Part shown: piece by piece, positions 9,317 through 17,590 of the stretch
How positions within the stretch are numbered: the first letter of the stretch is position 1
Layout of the letters: each line of letters begins with the position of its first letter
From: an uncultured Microthrixaceae bacterium
Lineage (GTDB): Bacteria > Actinomycetota > Acidimicrobiia > Acidimicrobiales > VFJN01
Assembly: GCA_963715505.1 (NCBI GenBank)
Contig: OY970242.1
Span: forward strand, 1,804,836-1,868,835
Reading direction: 5' to 3'
Length of the DNA: 64,000 nt
Program-made: the position numbers and the translations under genes
The notes under the pieces: model-generated
What the model was told of the DNA's origin: nothing
Seen by the model: the letters and a program-made list of their open reading frames with translations, nothing else
Databases searched by the model: none

Positions 9317-9569
9317 GCACCCAACGTACTCACGGGGTGTGACAGCCACCGCCAGTGCCTGTCAGCAGATCGCATGCAATCCGATGCAAGACATGGTCGG
9401 GCAACGTGACACGAGGGTGGGCAACCAGCCCGCGATCGCGCGGCGGGATGGATCCTCACCGATCAGCTGGTCCACGACGACGACGGCGTCGCTCTCCGAC
9501 AGGCATGTCTCGTCAAGCGGCTGACCCCCTGGACGAGCCCGAGCCGGGCCGCGTTCACCTCGACCTGCG

Positions 9570-9602
9570 GGCGCCGCTGGGGGCTGGGTTCCCAGCGGCG
9601 CC
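9570..9602 (-). terminator. 12-bp perfect GC-rich hairpin, probable original nrdJ terminator now separated from nrdJ by the transposon
   Basis: GGCGCCGCTGGG (9570-9581) and CCCAGCGGCGCC (9591-9602) flank a 9-nt loop. There is no U-tract. Confidence 0.5.
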
Positions 9603-9618
9603 GCAACAGGCGATCAGC

Positions 9619-9623
9619 TCAGC
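9619..9623. repeat. target-site duplication TCAGC (left copy)
   Basis: Identical 5-mer immediately outside both transposon termini. Confidence 0.7.
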
Positions 9624-9658
9624 TGTGAACGGTCATCCAATGTCCATCCAACGGACAC
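9624..9658 (+). repeat. transposon end (few-site end): TGTGAACGGTCATCCAATGTCCATCCAACGGACAC
   Basis: The first 12 nt are identical to the other end read inward. CAATGTCCA lies at 9638-9646. Confidence 0.7.
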
Positions 9659-9674
9659 AGGATGAATGACCGAA

Positions 9675-11312
9675 CTACGAGTCGGGCCAAGCCAGGCATG
9701 CGAGGTCGGCAAGTTCACGAGTCCGCTCAACCACACTCTTCGGGCGCCAGGTCCGCTTCATTGCGAGTCGCTTCGTGAGCTCGAAGCCGGAGTCCCTGTA
9801 GATGGCACGCTTGTCACCGAACCCCTTGCCTCCTGCGAGATGGTTGAGCCGCTTCTCGAGAAGAGCCAGGTTCCCTAGCGTCTGAACGACTGCGGAGTCT
9901 TCCTTGCTCGACGCCGAGTGCGCCGCTGGGAGAATGTGCTCAACAGTCACCGATCGTGAGTGCCACTCGATCGGTTTCGTTGGCCGGTCGTGACGCAGGT
10001 CATCGGCCTTCTCCAACATCGCGAGCAGGTACTTAGCGCGTGAGGTCGAGACGTCTCCGTACGACGCGAAGGCGGCGCGGAAGTCCTCGTCCGTGGGCAT
10101 GAGACGGTCGAGCAGCTTGCGTACATCAGGTTGGTTCTTTGCCGTTCCATTCGAGATGGCCTGCGCCGTGTCGCCGAAGGTCTCGTCAGCGACGCCGCCT
10201 CCAAGGCGTCCTGCAAACAGCCCGCGCACAGACCATGCGGCGACCTTGTTGAGCAGGCGAGCCGCGTCACGTACATCCCATCTCGAGAAGGCAGCCAGGA
10301 GCACCGGCATGCTGGCTTCGAGCCCGAAGCGGCGGTACGCGTAAAGCGCGTCACGGACTTCGACGGTCACGTCGGCCCAGAACGAGTGCTCGGGATCTCG
10401 CAACGCGAGATACACCTCGTGGGCCCTGCTGAGGTTCTCCACGTACGCCTTTGCCGCACTCGCCTTGCCACCTACCTCGGACTGAATCGACCGGTAGAGC
10501 TTCCGGGCGGACACGGAGCCATGTCGAGACGCGAAGTCGTGACGGATGAACTTGACGAGATCCTCAGCTCGCTCGAAGTTCGCCTCGAGCTGCGCCCACC
10601 TCTCCTCGACGAAGCGGAAGTAGTCCTTCGATGAGCTGAACAGGTAGTTCTTGAGAAGATCGGCTGTCGTCAGGTCGGCGCCGCGATCGTTGAGCGTCTC
10701 GAAGATCACGTATGCCTCGGGCAGGTCCGATGCTTCGGCGACGAGAACCTGCACCCGTGTCTCCAACTGTTGCGAGAGCGCGATCAGTTGCTCGTAGTCG
10801 GCCGCGGTCGGAGCGAGGGACTCGAGGTGGTGCCTGCAGGTTCTGTAGCTCAGAATGATGCGGCTCGTGGCCGGGATCGAAGCCACGTCGCCGTCAAGGA
10901 GTGCCTGGTAGTTCGATAGGTCGTCGGGGCTCAGGATGAGGCGTTCGACCGTGTCGTCCATCGCCAACACGTAGCCGCGCAGAAAGCGCTTCTCCACTTC
11001 CTCGGCCTGACGGTCCCGACCGAGCGCCGCTAGGTGGTCGCGAATCGCGATGAAGAGCAATGCCGTCGTGGCCAGCCGTTGTTGCCCATCCACGATCTGG
11101 CGCCGACCGCCCTCCTTGTCGGGCCTGGCGAAGACCACCGTGCCCATGAAGTAGTCGACGTCCTTCGACCGCGCGGTTGCGAGGTCGGACAGGTACTCCT
11201 CGACGTTTCCCGTGTCCCACGCGTAGCTCCGCTGAAAGCGGGGTACCTCCAGCAGGTAGTCCGCCAGCAGGTGGCCGAGTTGATCGTGACCGAACTGAGT
11301 TTGATCTGCCAT
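9675..11312 (-). CDS. GmrSD-type DUF262/DUF1524 nuclease (type IV restriction / SspE/BrxU-like)
   Basis: The N-terminal ParB-like DUF262 domain shows FQRSYAW and the IVDGQQRLATTALL motif. The C-terminal His-Me/DUF1524-like region shows VTVEHILP...GNLALLEKRLN. Confidence 0.85.
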   Translation of the reverse strand: MADQTQFGHDQLGHLLADYLLEVPRFQRSYAWDTGNVEEYLSDLATARSKDVDYFMGTVVFARPDKEGGRRQIVDGQQRLATTALLFIAIRDHLAALGRDRQAEEVEKRFLRGYVLAMDDTVERLILSPDDLSNYQALLDGDVASIPATSRIILSYRTCRHHLESLAPTAADYEQLIALSQQLETRVQVLVAEASDLPEAYVIFETLNDRGADLTTADLLKNYLFSSSKDYFRFVEERWAQLEANFERAEDLVKFIRHDFASRHGSVSARKLYRSIQSEVGGKASAAKAYVENLSRAHEVYLALRDPEHSFWADVTVEVRDALYAYRRFGLEASMPVLLAAFSRWDVRDAARLLNKVAAWSVRGLFAGRLGGGVADETFGDTAQAISNGTAKNQPDVRKLLDRLMPTDEDFRAAFASYGDVSTSRAKYLLAMLEKADDLRHDRPTKPIEWHSRSVTVEHILPAAHSASSKEDSAVVQTLGNLALLEKRLNHLAGGKGFGDKRAIYRDSGFELTKRLAMKRTWRPKSVVERTRELADLACLAWPDS

Positions 11313-11609
11313 GGCTGTCCCAACCCGTTGTCCTCCGAGCGATCGTAGGGTCGTCGAAACCCCGCTCGGCGGACCCGCCGCAGACCCACCCGAACCGGTT
11401 CACCTTGAGTCCCCGCTCCGCGCAACCGCAACTCCGGACACGTCTACGCGATCGGTGACGCGCTCTCAGCGGCTGCCGGTACCGGCTAGTGATGGGACGG
11501 GAACACCCGCGTTGCGTAGGAGGTTGGATCCCGGCGACGAACAGCAACAGCCTGCACGACACACCGGTAACTTCGGCCCGACTCAAGTAGCGAGCATGAG
11601 GAGGATGAA

Positions 11610-12005
11610 GTGGAGACCGAGCCAGCACGGTTCGTCCTCGCCCTCGGGTCGGACGGCACCTCTCCGCCCAGAACGGTCGGTGCGATCATCGCTACGGGGT
11701 CCGGAGGGAGTGTCGTCGGTGAGCTGGCAATCGGTGAGGGTGATGACCTCAACCCGCTCGTGATCGACGCGGCGATCACTCTTCTTCGCTCCCTGCCCAG
11801 TCCGCACCTCGCGCCGGCAGAGGACTGGCTCGCTGGGCTTGACGGGCTCACCAACGGGCCCGTCCGACTCTCAGGCCCATGGTCATGGAACGTCGAGCCC
11901 CGCGAGGCTCTGCACTGGGTCATCAAGCGCCAAGGCCTCACCGCCCGCAACGTTGGGATCATCCGGGACAGCGAGGTCCGACTCCTCGACGGCCAGCAGC
12001 CTTGA
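11610..12005 (+). CDS. hypothetical protein (first gene of two-gene cassette)
   Basis: GTG 11610 lies 5 nt after GAGGAGG (11598-11604). 131 aa with no recognisable motif. Its stop overlaps the next start (TTGA). Confidence 0.5.
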   Translation: METEPARFVLALGSDGTSPPRTVGAIIATGSGGSVVGELAIGEGDDLNPLVIDAAITLLRSLPSPHLAPAEDWLAGLDGLTNGPVRLSGPWSWNVEPREALHWVIKRQGLTARNVGIIRDSEVRLLDGQQP

Positions 12006-12958
12006 GCGACCAGTCCGGGCCGACTATCGCGGAGCTCGACCTCCCACAGAACACGAGCCTCCCCCTGTTCGTCTATGGCGCGCTCAAACCGGGCGAACTG
12101 GGGTACAGCCAGATCGAGGCGCACGTTCGCGGCCCACTTCGGGGCTGGATTCCCGGTGCAATCCGACTGCGAGACGGCCTTCCGCTCCTCCACCCTCGGG
12201 GCCGGGGAACAGTCACAGGATTCGTCCTTGGGCTCCATGAACCCGAGGGCTACCAGGCGGTGTGCCGATTCGAGCCGGCGCGCTTCTACGAGTGGGGTCT
12301 CACGACTGTGACAACGGCCGAGGGCGAGGTCGCGGCGAACGTCCTCGTGTCGCGGACGACGGAAACCGGCGAGACGTGCGATTCGTGGTCCACCCCTGAC
12401 GATCCCCTCTTCGCCTTCGCCCTGGGCGCCGTTGCCGAGCAAGCGCTGAAGTACGGCGCGACGGAGTTCGGTTCATTCAGCCCCGACGACGGCTCGGAGT
12501 GGCGTCGCTTCTACAAGATCCAGTCGGCATACCTACTCGCAAGCTCAGTTCTGGAGCGGTTGGCGTACTTCACCAATGGGGCGACCGTCGGCCCGACAGC
12601 TCGGGTCAACACCCTCGGCAGAAGAGCAGGCTTCGTAGAAGCCGTGGCCGAGGTCGGAATGACCTTCAAGGGCCGCGCGGTGTATCGCAGCGATGATCCG
12701 AAGACGAAGAGCCCGATGAACCGGGAGGAGCAGTTCGCCCAAGCCGCCTACGCCGTGCGGTCCAACCTGATGCACCGGGGCAAGAGCGCATTTCATGAAG
12801 CATCGCTCGTCCGCGGCATGCTGCTCGATCTCCACGACGTGCTCCGCCTGTACCTGCTTCGGCAAGTGCCCGACCTCGACCGCGTGTGGTCGGCGATCGA
12901 GCCAGACCTCGCTCGACACCGATGGCGATTGAAGCACCGACTCGAAGCCTGCGCCTGA
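12002..12958 (+). CDS. GGCT/AIG2-like domain fused to a C-terminal HEPN-like (Rx4H) domain
   Basis: The N-terminus LFVYGALKPGELGY...VTGFVLGL...CRFEPARFYEW resembles the gamma-glutamylcyclotransferase-like fold. The C-terminus AAYAVRSNLMHRGKS contains an R-x4-H motif in a helical region. TTG start at 12002 is assumed. The track ORF opens at 11879. Confidence 0.55.
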   Translation: MSDQSGPTIAELDLPQNTSLPLFVYGALKPGELGYSQIEAHVRGPLRGWIPGAIRLRDGLPLLHPRGRGTVTGFVLGLHEPEGYQAVCRFEPARFYEWGLTTVTTAEGEVAANVLVSRTTETGETCDSWSTPDDPLFAFALGAVAEQALKYGATEFGSFSPDDGSEWRRFYKIQSAYLLASSVLERLAYFTNGATVGPTARVNTLGRRAGFVEAVAEVGMTFKGRAVYRSDDPKTKSPMNREEQFAQAAYAVRSNLMHRGKSAFHEASLVRGMLLDLHDVLRLYLLRQVPDLDRVWSAIEPDLARHRWRLKHRLEACA

Positions 12959-13176
12959 TCACATCCGGCCCGTGGGCTATTCAGGTGCGACAGCCCTGCG
13001 TGAAGCACAGCGCGTGGAAGTCAGCCTTTTTGAGGCACCTCCCGCTGCTCAACCTGTCCAACTGACGACCCCTTGGAGAGCCCAGGCGGACGCTGGTCAC
13101 CGTGCGCTCGCAGCAGGAGTTCACTCCTGGGCGCCTCCCTCGAACAACGGCGTAGCCGGTGCTCTAAGCGGCCGCC

Positions 13177-13697
13177 CTACCTCTCGGCTGGGGATCGATT
13201 GCAGATCGCGAGTGTGATGCCAGCAGCAGGAAGGCCGCTCAGCGATGTGCCCCGCGCGCTGCCCGGCTTCTTGAGCTCCTTGACGAGCTTGCTCATGCCG
13301 AGCGACTCCAACGCGGTGGTCCAGAGCGTGGTGATTGCGGCGATGCTGGATACGGCCTCGTAGTACTTCGACGGCGGGGAGTAGGCGCCAGGAATCCACT
13401 GCATCCAGATGGCGTCGGCATCGCGGTCGTCGCAGACTTGGCCCCCATCGTTCTGAAGGAGGGCCCAGCACGGTCACGAGGTAGCCCGCGTGCTCGACGA
13501 GTGCCTGGATCACGTCCGGGGGTGTACCTGCTCTCCGGGTCCTGCTTCGAGAGAACTCCGCCCAGGCGGGGGAACCACGTCGACACACGTCCCTGCCCGT
13601 TCAGCCCACCATGCGAGACATCGGCCTCCGTTGACGCGAACTGGCGGATACGCGCCAGGGCGCGCTGGCTGTTGGCGTGCTCTAGCCATAGCTCCAT
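13177..13697 (-). pseudogene. hypothetical about 173-aa gene downstream of JAB, readable only across two +1 frameshifts
   Basis: Three successive high-GC3 minus-strand frames: MELWLEHANSQRALARIRQF...ESRYTP, then DVIQALVEHAGYLVTVLGP, then LLQNDGGQVCDDRDADAIWMQWIPGAYSPPSKYYEAV...LVKELKKPG...ICNRSPAER. The shifts sit near homopolymer runs at about 13516-13523 and about 13458-13467. A GAAGGTGA SD precedes the ATG at 13697. Confidence 0.4.
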
Positions 13698-13776
13698 GTC
13701 ACCTTCGGGCCTACGCGAGCTCAGCGGCAGGTCCAGCACAGGGCGGTAGAAGCGGACACGGCGCGACAGTGGTCAG

Positions 13777-14316
13777 CTAGCCCCCACCGGACCAGAAGTC
13801 CTCATCGGCCCTCGGGTGCCACTCCTTCACGACAAGGGCCGTGATGCGGCCGGGCTGGAGCGGCAACCAGGTGGGATGCCAGGTCCAGATGCCGAACCGG
13901 TACGACCGGTCGCTGCCATCTCGGGCGAGGAGTCCCATGAGCGGGTTGGGACAGCGGGCCTCTCGCGTAGTCGCGGTGTGCTGCATCGTGCGGCGGTCGC
14001 GGCGGCTCATGCTGAAGCCGCCGGCCGGGTGCACATGCCAGTCTCCGAGGTAGGTGACCTTGCCGTGAGTTCGCCGGTAGGTGATGTCCAGGACCATCTG
14101 CTGCCACTCGCTGTCAGGGGCGAACCGGACTGGCTGATGCTGCGCGGATGGACCTGGGCCGACCGTGGTAGCGATGACGATCTCATTCCGTTCAGGGTTC
14201 GCCCAGCCGAGGAGCATGCCTCCGGTCTCGGTTGGATGTGTCCGCTCCGCCTCGGCCGTCATATCGGCCAGTGCGGATTCGTTCAGCCAGACGGTCGGAT
14301 ACCGCATCGCGTGCAC
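13777..14316 (-). CDS. JAB/MPN (JAMM) metallopeptidase, Cap3-like
   Basis: ETGGMLLG is followed by a perfect JAMM motif, HVHPAGGFSMSRRD (HxHx7Sx2D). Confidence 0.85.
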   Translation of the reverse strand: MHAMRYPTVWLNESALADMTAEAERTHPTETGGMLLGWANPERNEIVIATTVGPGPSAQHQPVRFAPDSEWQQMVLDITYRRTHGKVTYLGDWHVHPAGGFSMSRRDRRTMQHTATTREARCPNPLMGLLARDGSDRSYRFGIWTWHPTWLPLQPGRITALVVKEWHPRADEDFWSGGG

Positions 14317-14382
14317 GCGGGGTGCTGACTGAGGACGAATGGTTCACCTGATCCGGGAAGGGCTGCCACAGCGGTGCGGAAG

Positions 14383-14390
14383 CTGTATCG
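14383..14390. repeat. IS256 target-site duplication CTGTATCG(G), left copy
   Basis: The same 8-9 nt occur at 15807-15814(15). Confidence 0.8.
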
Positions 14391-15806
14391 GTTGGCGTCC
14401 CGTGACGTGGTGTAGATCGGCGTAGGGGTCCACCCGTGGGGTGGGCCACTGGCGTGAGGCTCGGTGTGTTCCTTAGCCGAGGTCCACATCAAGGAGATCA
14501 CGCCAGTGACCCATCACGAGTCTGACCTGTCCGACCTGCTCGACGCGCTCCGCGCCGGGGAGATGACCGACACGATCCGCACGAGCCTGGAATGGATCGT
14601 CCAGGAGCTCATCGAGGCGGAGGCCACCGCGCAGATCGGGGCGGGCCTGTTCGAGCGTTCCGACGAGCGCACGACCCAGCGCAACGGGCATCGCCCACGA
14701 CTGTGGGCGACCAAGGCCGGCGATCTCGAGCTCAAGATCCCCAAGCTCCGGACGGGCTCGTTCTTCCCGAGCTTGCTGGAACGACGCCGCCGGATCGACC
14801 GGGCTCTCTACGCGGTGGTGATGGAGGCGTGGGTGCACGGCGTGTCGACCCGCAAGGTCGACGACCTCGTCGCCGCCCTCGGCGTCGGATCTGGGATCTC
14901 GAAGTCCGAGGTGTCGAGGATCTGCGCCCAGCTCGACACCGACTTGGACGCGTTCCGGGCCCGGCCGCTGAACCACATCGAGTTCCCCTATGTGTTCGCC
15001 GACGCGACCTACCTCAAGGGCCGCGTCAACGGCCGAGTCGTCTCACGAGCCGTCGTGGTCGCCACGGGGGTGACCGCCACCGGGGACCGTGAGGTCTTGG
15101 GCGTGGAGGTCGGCGACAGCGAGGACGGCGCCTTTTGGACCGCGTTCTTGAAGGGCCTCCGGGCCCGGGGCCTGGGCGGAGTGCAGCTGGTGATCTCTGA
15201 CCACCACCTCGGTCTGAAGCAGGCCATCGAGTCGGTGTTCATCGGCTCCACCTGGCAGCGCTGCCGAGTCCACTTCATGCGCAACGTCCTCGCCCGCGTC
15301 CCCAAGGCCTCCACCGAGATGGTCGCCGCAGCGATCCGCACGATCTTCGCTCAGCCCGACGCAGACCACGTCCGCTCCCAGCTCACCGAAGTCACCACCA
15401 TGCTCCACGCCCAGTTCCCCGACGTCGCCGACATGCTCACCGACGCCGCAGACGACCTCCTCGCGTTCACCGGCTTCCCCCAGGCCCACTGGCGCAAGAT
15501 CTGGTCGACGAACCCGCTCGAGCGGCTCAACGGCGAGATCAAGCGCCGCACCAACGTCGTGGGCGTGTTCCCCAACGACGCCTCCGTCGCCCGGCTCGTC
15601 ACCGCCGTCGTGGTCGAGACCCACGACGAATGGGCCGTTGCCGAACGCCGCTACCTCTCCGAAGCATCCATGGCCAAGCTCTACGCGAAGCCCGACCCCG
15701 ACACCCTCCTCGAGGAGCCGCCCCTCGCCATCACCGCCTGAGCCAAACTGTCAACGACATCGAGCTCACGCCGGCGTCGAACTACACCACTCCGCGGGGC
15801 GTCATC
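14391..15806 (+). mobile_element. IS256-family insertion sequence (about 1.4 kb)
   Basis: Imperfect terminal inverted repeats: GTTGGCGTCCCGTGACGTGGTGTAGATCGGCG versus the reverse complement GATGACGCCCCGCGGAGTGGTGTAGTTCGACG, about three quarters identical with a GTGGTGTAG core. One mutator-type transposase gene and an 8-9 bp TSD. Confidence 0.85.
14464..15741 (+). CDS. IS256 family (mutator-type) transposase
   Basis: Shows RNGHRPRLWATKAGDLELKIPKLRTGSFFPSLLERRRR...VSTRKVDDLV...FPYVFADATYLK...LVISDHHLGLKQAI...WQRCRVHFMRN...IWSTNPLERLNGEIKRRTNVVGVFPN. The true start may be GTG at about 14506. Confidence 0.92.
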   Translation: MCSLAEVHIKEITPVTHHESDLSDLLDALRAGEMTDTIRTSLEWIVQELIEAEATAQIGAGLFERSDERTTQRNGHRPRLWATKAGDLELKIPKLRTGSFFPSLLERRRRIDRALYAVVMEAWVHGVSTRKVDDLVAALGVGSGISKSEVSRICAQLDTDLDAFRARPLNHIEFPYVFADATYLKGRVNGRVVSRAVVVATGVTATGDREVLGVEVGDSEDGAFWTAFLKGLRARGLGGVQLVISDHHLGLKQAIESVFIGSTWQRCRVHFMRNVLARVPKASTEMVAAAIRTIFAQPDADHVRSQLTEVTTMLHAQFPDVADMLTDAADDLLAFTGFPQAHWRKIWSTNPLERLNGEIKRRTNVVGVFPNDASVARLVTAVVVETHDEWAVAERRYLSEASMAKLYAKPDPDTLLEEPPLAITA

Positions 15807-17590
15807 CTGTATCGGGCGTAGTGCCACTCGGCGGAGGGGTAGCCACGCTCGGTCGTCTCGCAGAGAGTCGACGCGGCAAGGCGAACCCCGGCCAGCGCGA
15901 TTGTTGCGACGTCGAAGCCAGTGCCCGTGAAGGTTGGGTCTGTGCAACCCGCTGGCCAGGCGTTCCGCGTTGCGGGATCCGGGTCCGCGGGCGGCAGCAT
16001 GCCGGGGTCGTCCTCGAGGTGGTGCATGAGGCAGGTCCAGCACGGCTCATCGGGATCAGGTCGGAACCGTGCGACGTAACCTCCCCAGCCGCCCTCGGTC
16101 CCGGCGACGACGACGTACGGAACGTTGTGATCGCGGGCGAGCTCCGAGAGGAAGTAGTTGACGCCAGTCTCCGCTGTGGCGTCGTAGACGATGTCGGAGT
16201 CGGCGACGATGCGGCTGATGCTCTCCCACTGGGGCTCGCCCTCGCCGTGAACGCGCACGCCGCCGATAGACGTGCCGAGAAGCTCAAGCTCGGTGTACGG
16301 CCAGTGCTGTGCGAGGTGGCCGTGGAGTGCCTGGAGCTTGTGGTGTCCAGCGAAGGCGTACCCGAGCGGCCAGCGAGCGGCGTTGCCGGGATCGAGGTGG
16401 TCGCGGTCCACGAGGTGGAGCTTGCCCGTACCTGCTTTCGCGAACTCAACAGCACTTGGCGCGCCAAGTCCGCCCGTGCCGAAGATGGCGACGGTGCGGT
16501 CGGACATCGCGGCGAGCGTAGGGATCCGACTCGTCATGTCGAGCGGGCCGGCTCGCAAGCCGCGCACGAGGTAGGGGCCGACTGACGTCGCGGCCGGTGT
16601 TGTCCTTCCTCTACTCGCGCCCTTGCGACGGACCTGCCTGTTCGGCGCTTGGAGCTGGGAGCCGTCTCGGCCACGAACTACGAACACCCACGCGTCTCCC
16701 TGATACACCGCTCCGGTGGCCTGATCGGCATGGCTCTCGTCGGTGAACACGACGCCAACGACATCAACTGATCCCGTGCCGATCCGCTCAAACGCGGGTT
16801 TGGCGAGCGCCGGGTTCTCGGCGATGGCGGCATCGAGCACAGCCTGGCCGCCGTCGGCGTCCGGCGGACCGGGAAGCCGACACCATCGCCCGTGGATCGT
16901 TCCCGAGAACAGCCGCCTGACGGCCGGATCTGCCTGTCGGAGGACCGTCCCATCGTCGGCTAGGACCTGCAGGATGGCTGCGCGTAGCGCTCGAACGTCG
17001 CCGCTCCCCTCGACCCCGATCTCGAGTCTGCCTCCGTTGGCCTCGGCCAACTCGCTCCATGAACCGTCCACCCGGGCCACCGCGGCCTGCTCGTACCTGT
17101 AGTAGTTGGCGTACGGCTCGACGTGGGGAAGGGGTCGTTGGCCTGGGGCGCCAGTCCCTCCCTGAGGCTCGCGATCCTCCCCTCCTGTCGTCGAACTGCT
17201 CGGGTGGCTGGACGGCTCATCCGTCCGATCGGCCAGGAGCTTTGGCATCTGCTCGGCGATCATGTCAGCCGCCGTCTCGCCAACGTCCCACTCCGAGGCG
17301 CCTGACCGGAGCAGGCACAGGTTGCCAACGAACGGCTGCTGATGCGCTCCAAAGCGATGGTCGGTCATGACCTCGACGCGAAAGTACGGGTGGAGGTCCG
17401 AGTAGGTGACCGAGAGCTCGTAGCGCGCGCCGTTGTCGTCGGTGTAGGGGACCGTGTACTGGCGCACCGCAGCGGTCCGGAGAAGATCCTCGTTGAGGAT
17501 CGGGCGCTGCCCGCCGAAGCGCTCCAGTGCCTCTTCCTCAGCCTGGAGCACCTCGGGGAAGTCCTCCCACCATGGGCGAGGAAGGCTCAC
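15782..17590 (-). CDS. E2-like/E1-like (ThiF) fusion protein, Cap2-like, with the 3' end replaced by IS256 sequence
   Basis: The N-terminal UBC-like core reads HPYFRVEV...PFVGNLCLL. The C-terminal adenylation domain reads VAIFGTGGLGAPSAVEFAKAGTGKLHLVDRDHLDPGNAARW, followed by CWTC and AGCTDP. The last 7 codons (MTPRGVV) and the stop lie inside the IS. The pre-insertion reading frame continues at 14390 down to 14283 (...RYSFRTAVAALPGSGEPFVLSQHPACTRCGIRPSG). Confidence 0.8.
   Translation of the reverse strand: MSLPRPWWEDFPEVLQAEEEALERFGGQRPILNEDLLRTAAVRQYTVPYTDDNGARYELSVTYSDLHPYFRVEVMTDHRFGAHQQPFVGNLCLLRSGASEWDVGETAADMIAEQMPKLLADRTDEPSSHPSSSTTGGEDREPQGGTGAPGQRPLPHVEPYANYYRYEQAAVARVDGSWSELAEANGGRLEIGVEGSGDVRALRAAILQVLADDGTVLRQADPAVRRLFSGTIHGRWCRLPGPPDADGGQAVLDAAIAENPALAKPAFERIGTGSVDVVGVVFTDESHADQATGAVYQGDAWVFVVRGRDGSQLQAPNRQVRRKGASRGRTTPAATSVGPYLVRGLRAGPLDMTSRIPTLAAMSDRTVAIFGTGGLGAPSAVEFAKAGTGKLHLVDRDHLDPGNAARWPLGYAFAGHHKLQALHGHLAQHWPYTELELLGTSIGGVRVHGEGEPQWESISRIVADSDIVYDATAETGVNYFLSELARDHNVPYVVVAGTEGGWGGYVARFRPDPDEPCWTCLMHHLEDDPGMLPPADPDPATRNAWPAGCTDPTFTGTGFDVATIALAGVRLAASTLCETTERGYPSAEWHYARYRMTPRGVV
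15807..15814. repeat. IS256 target-site duplication CTGTATCG(G), right copy
   Basis: Direct repeat of 14383-14390. Confidence 0.8.

Noticed and set aside
9350-9623. tRNA or integrase-type attachment site at the island boundary
   Set aside because: No cloverleaf-capable sequence and no tyrosine or serine integrase is present. The boundary is explained by the TGT/ACA termini and the 5-bp duplication.
11486-12442. 318-aa minus-strand ORF overlapping the two-gene cassette
   Set aside because: Poor third-position GC and low-complexity composition. The plus-strand genes have SD sequences and start-stop coupling.
15782-17590. E1-like protein as an ordinary MoeB/ThiF sulfur-carrier activating enzyme
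   Set aside because: It carries an N-terminal UBC-like domain with a GNLCLL cysteine. It originally overlapped a JAMM peptidase gene and sits in a mobile defence island with no moaD/thiS or cofactor biosynthesis genes.
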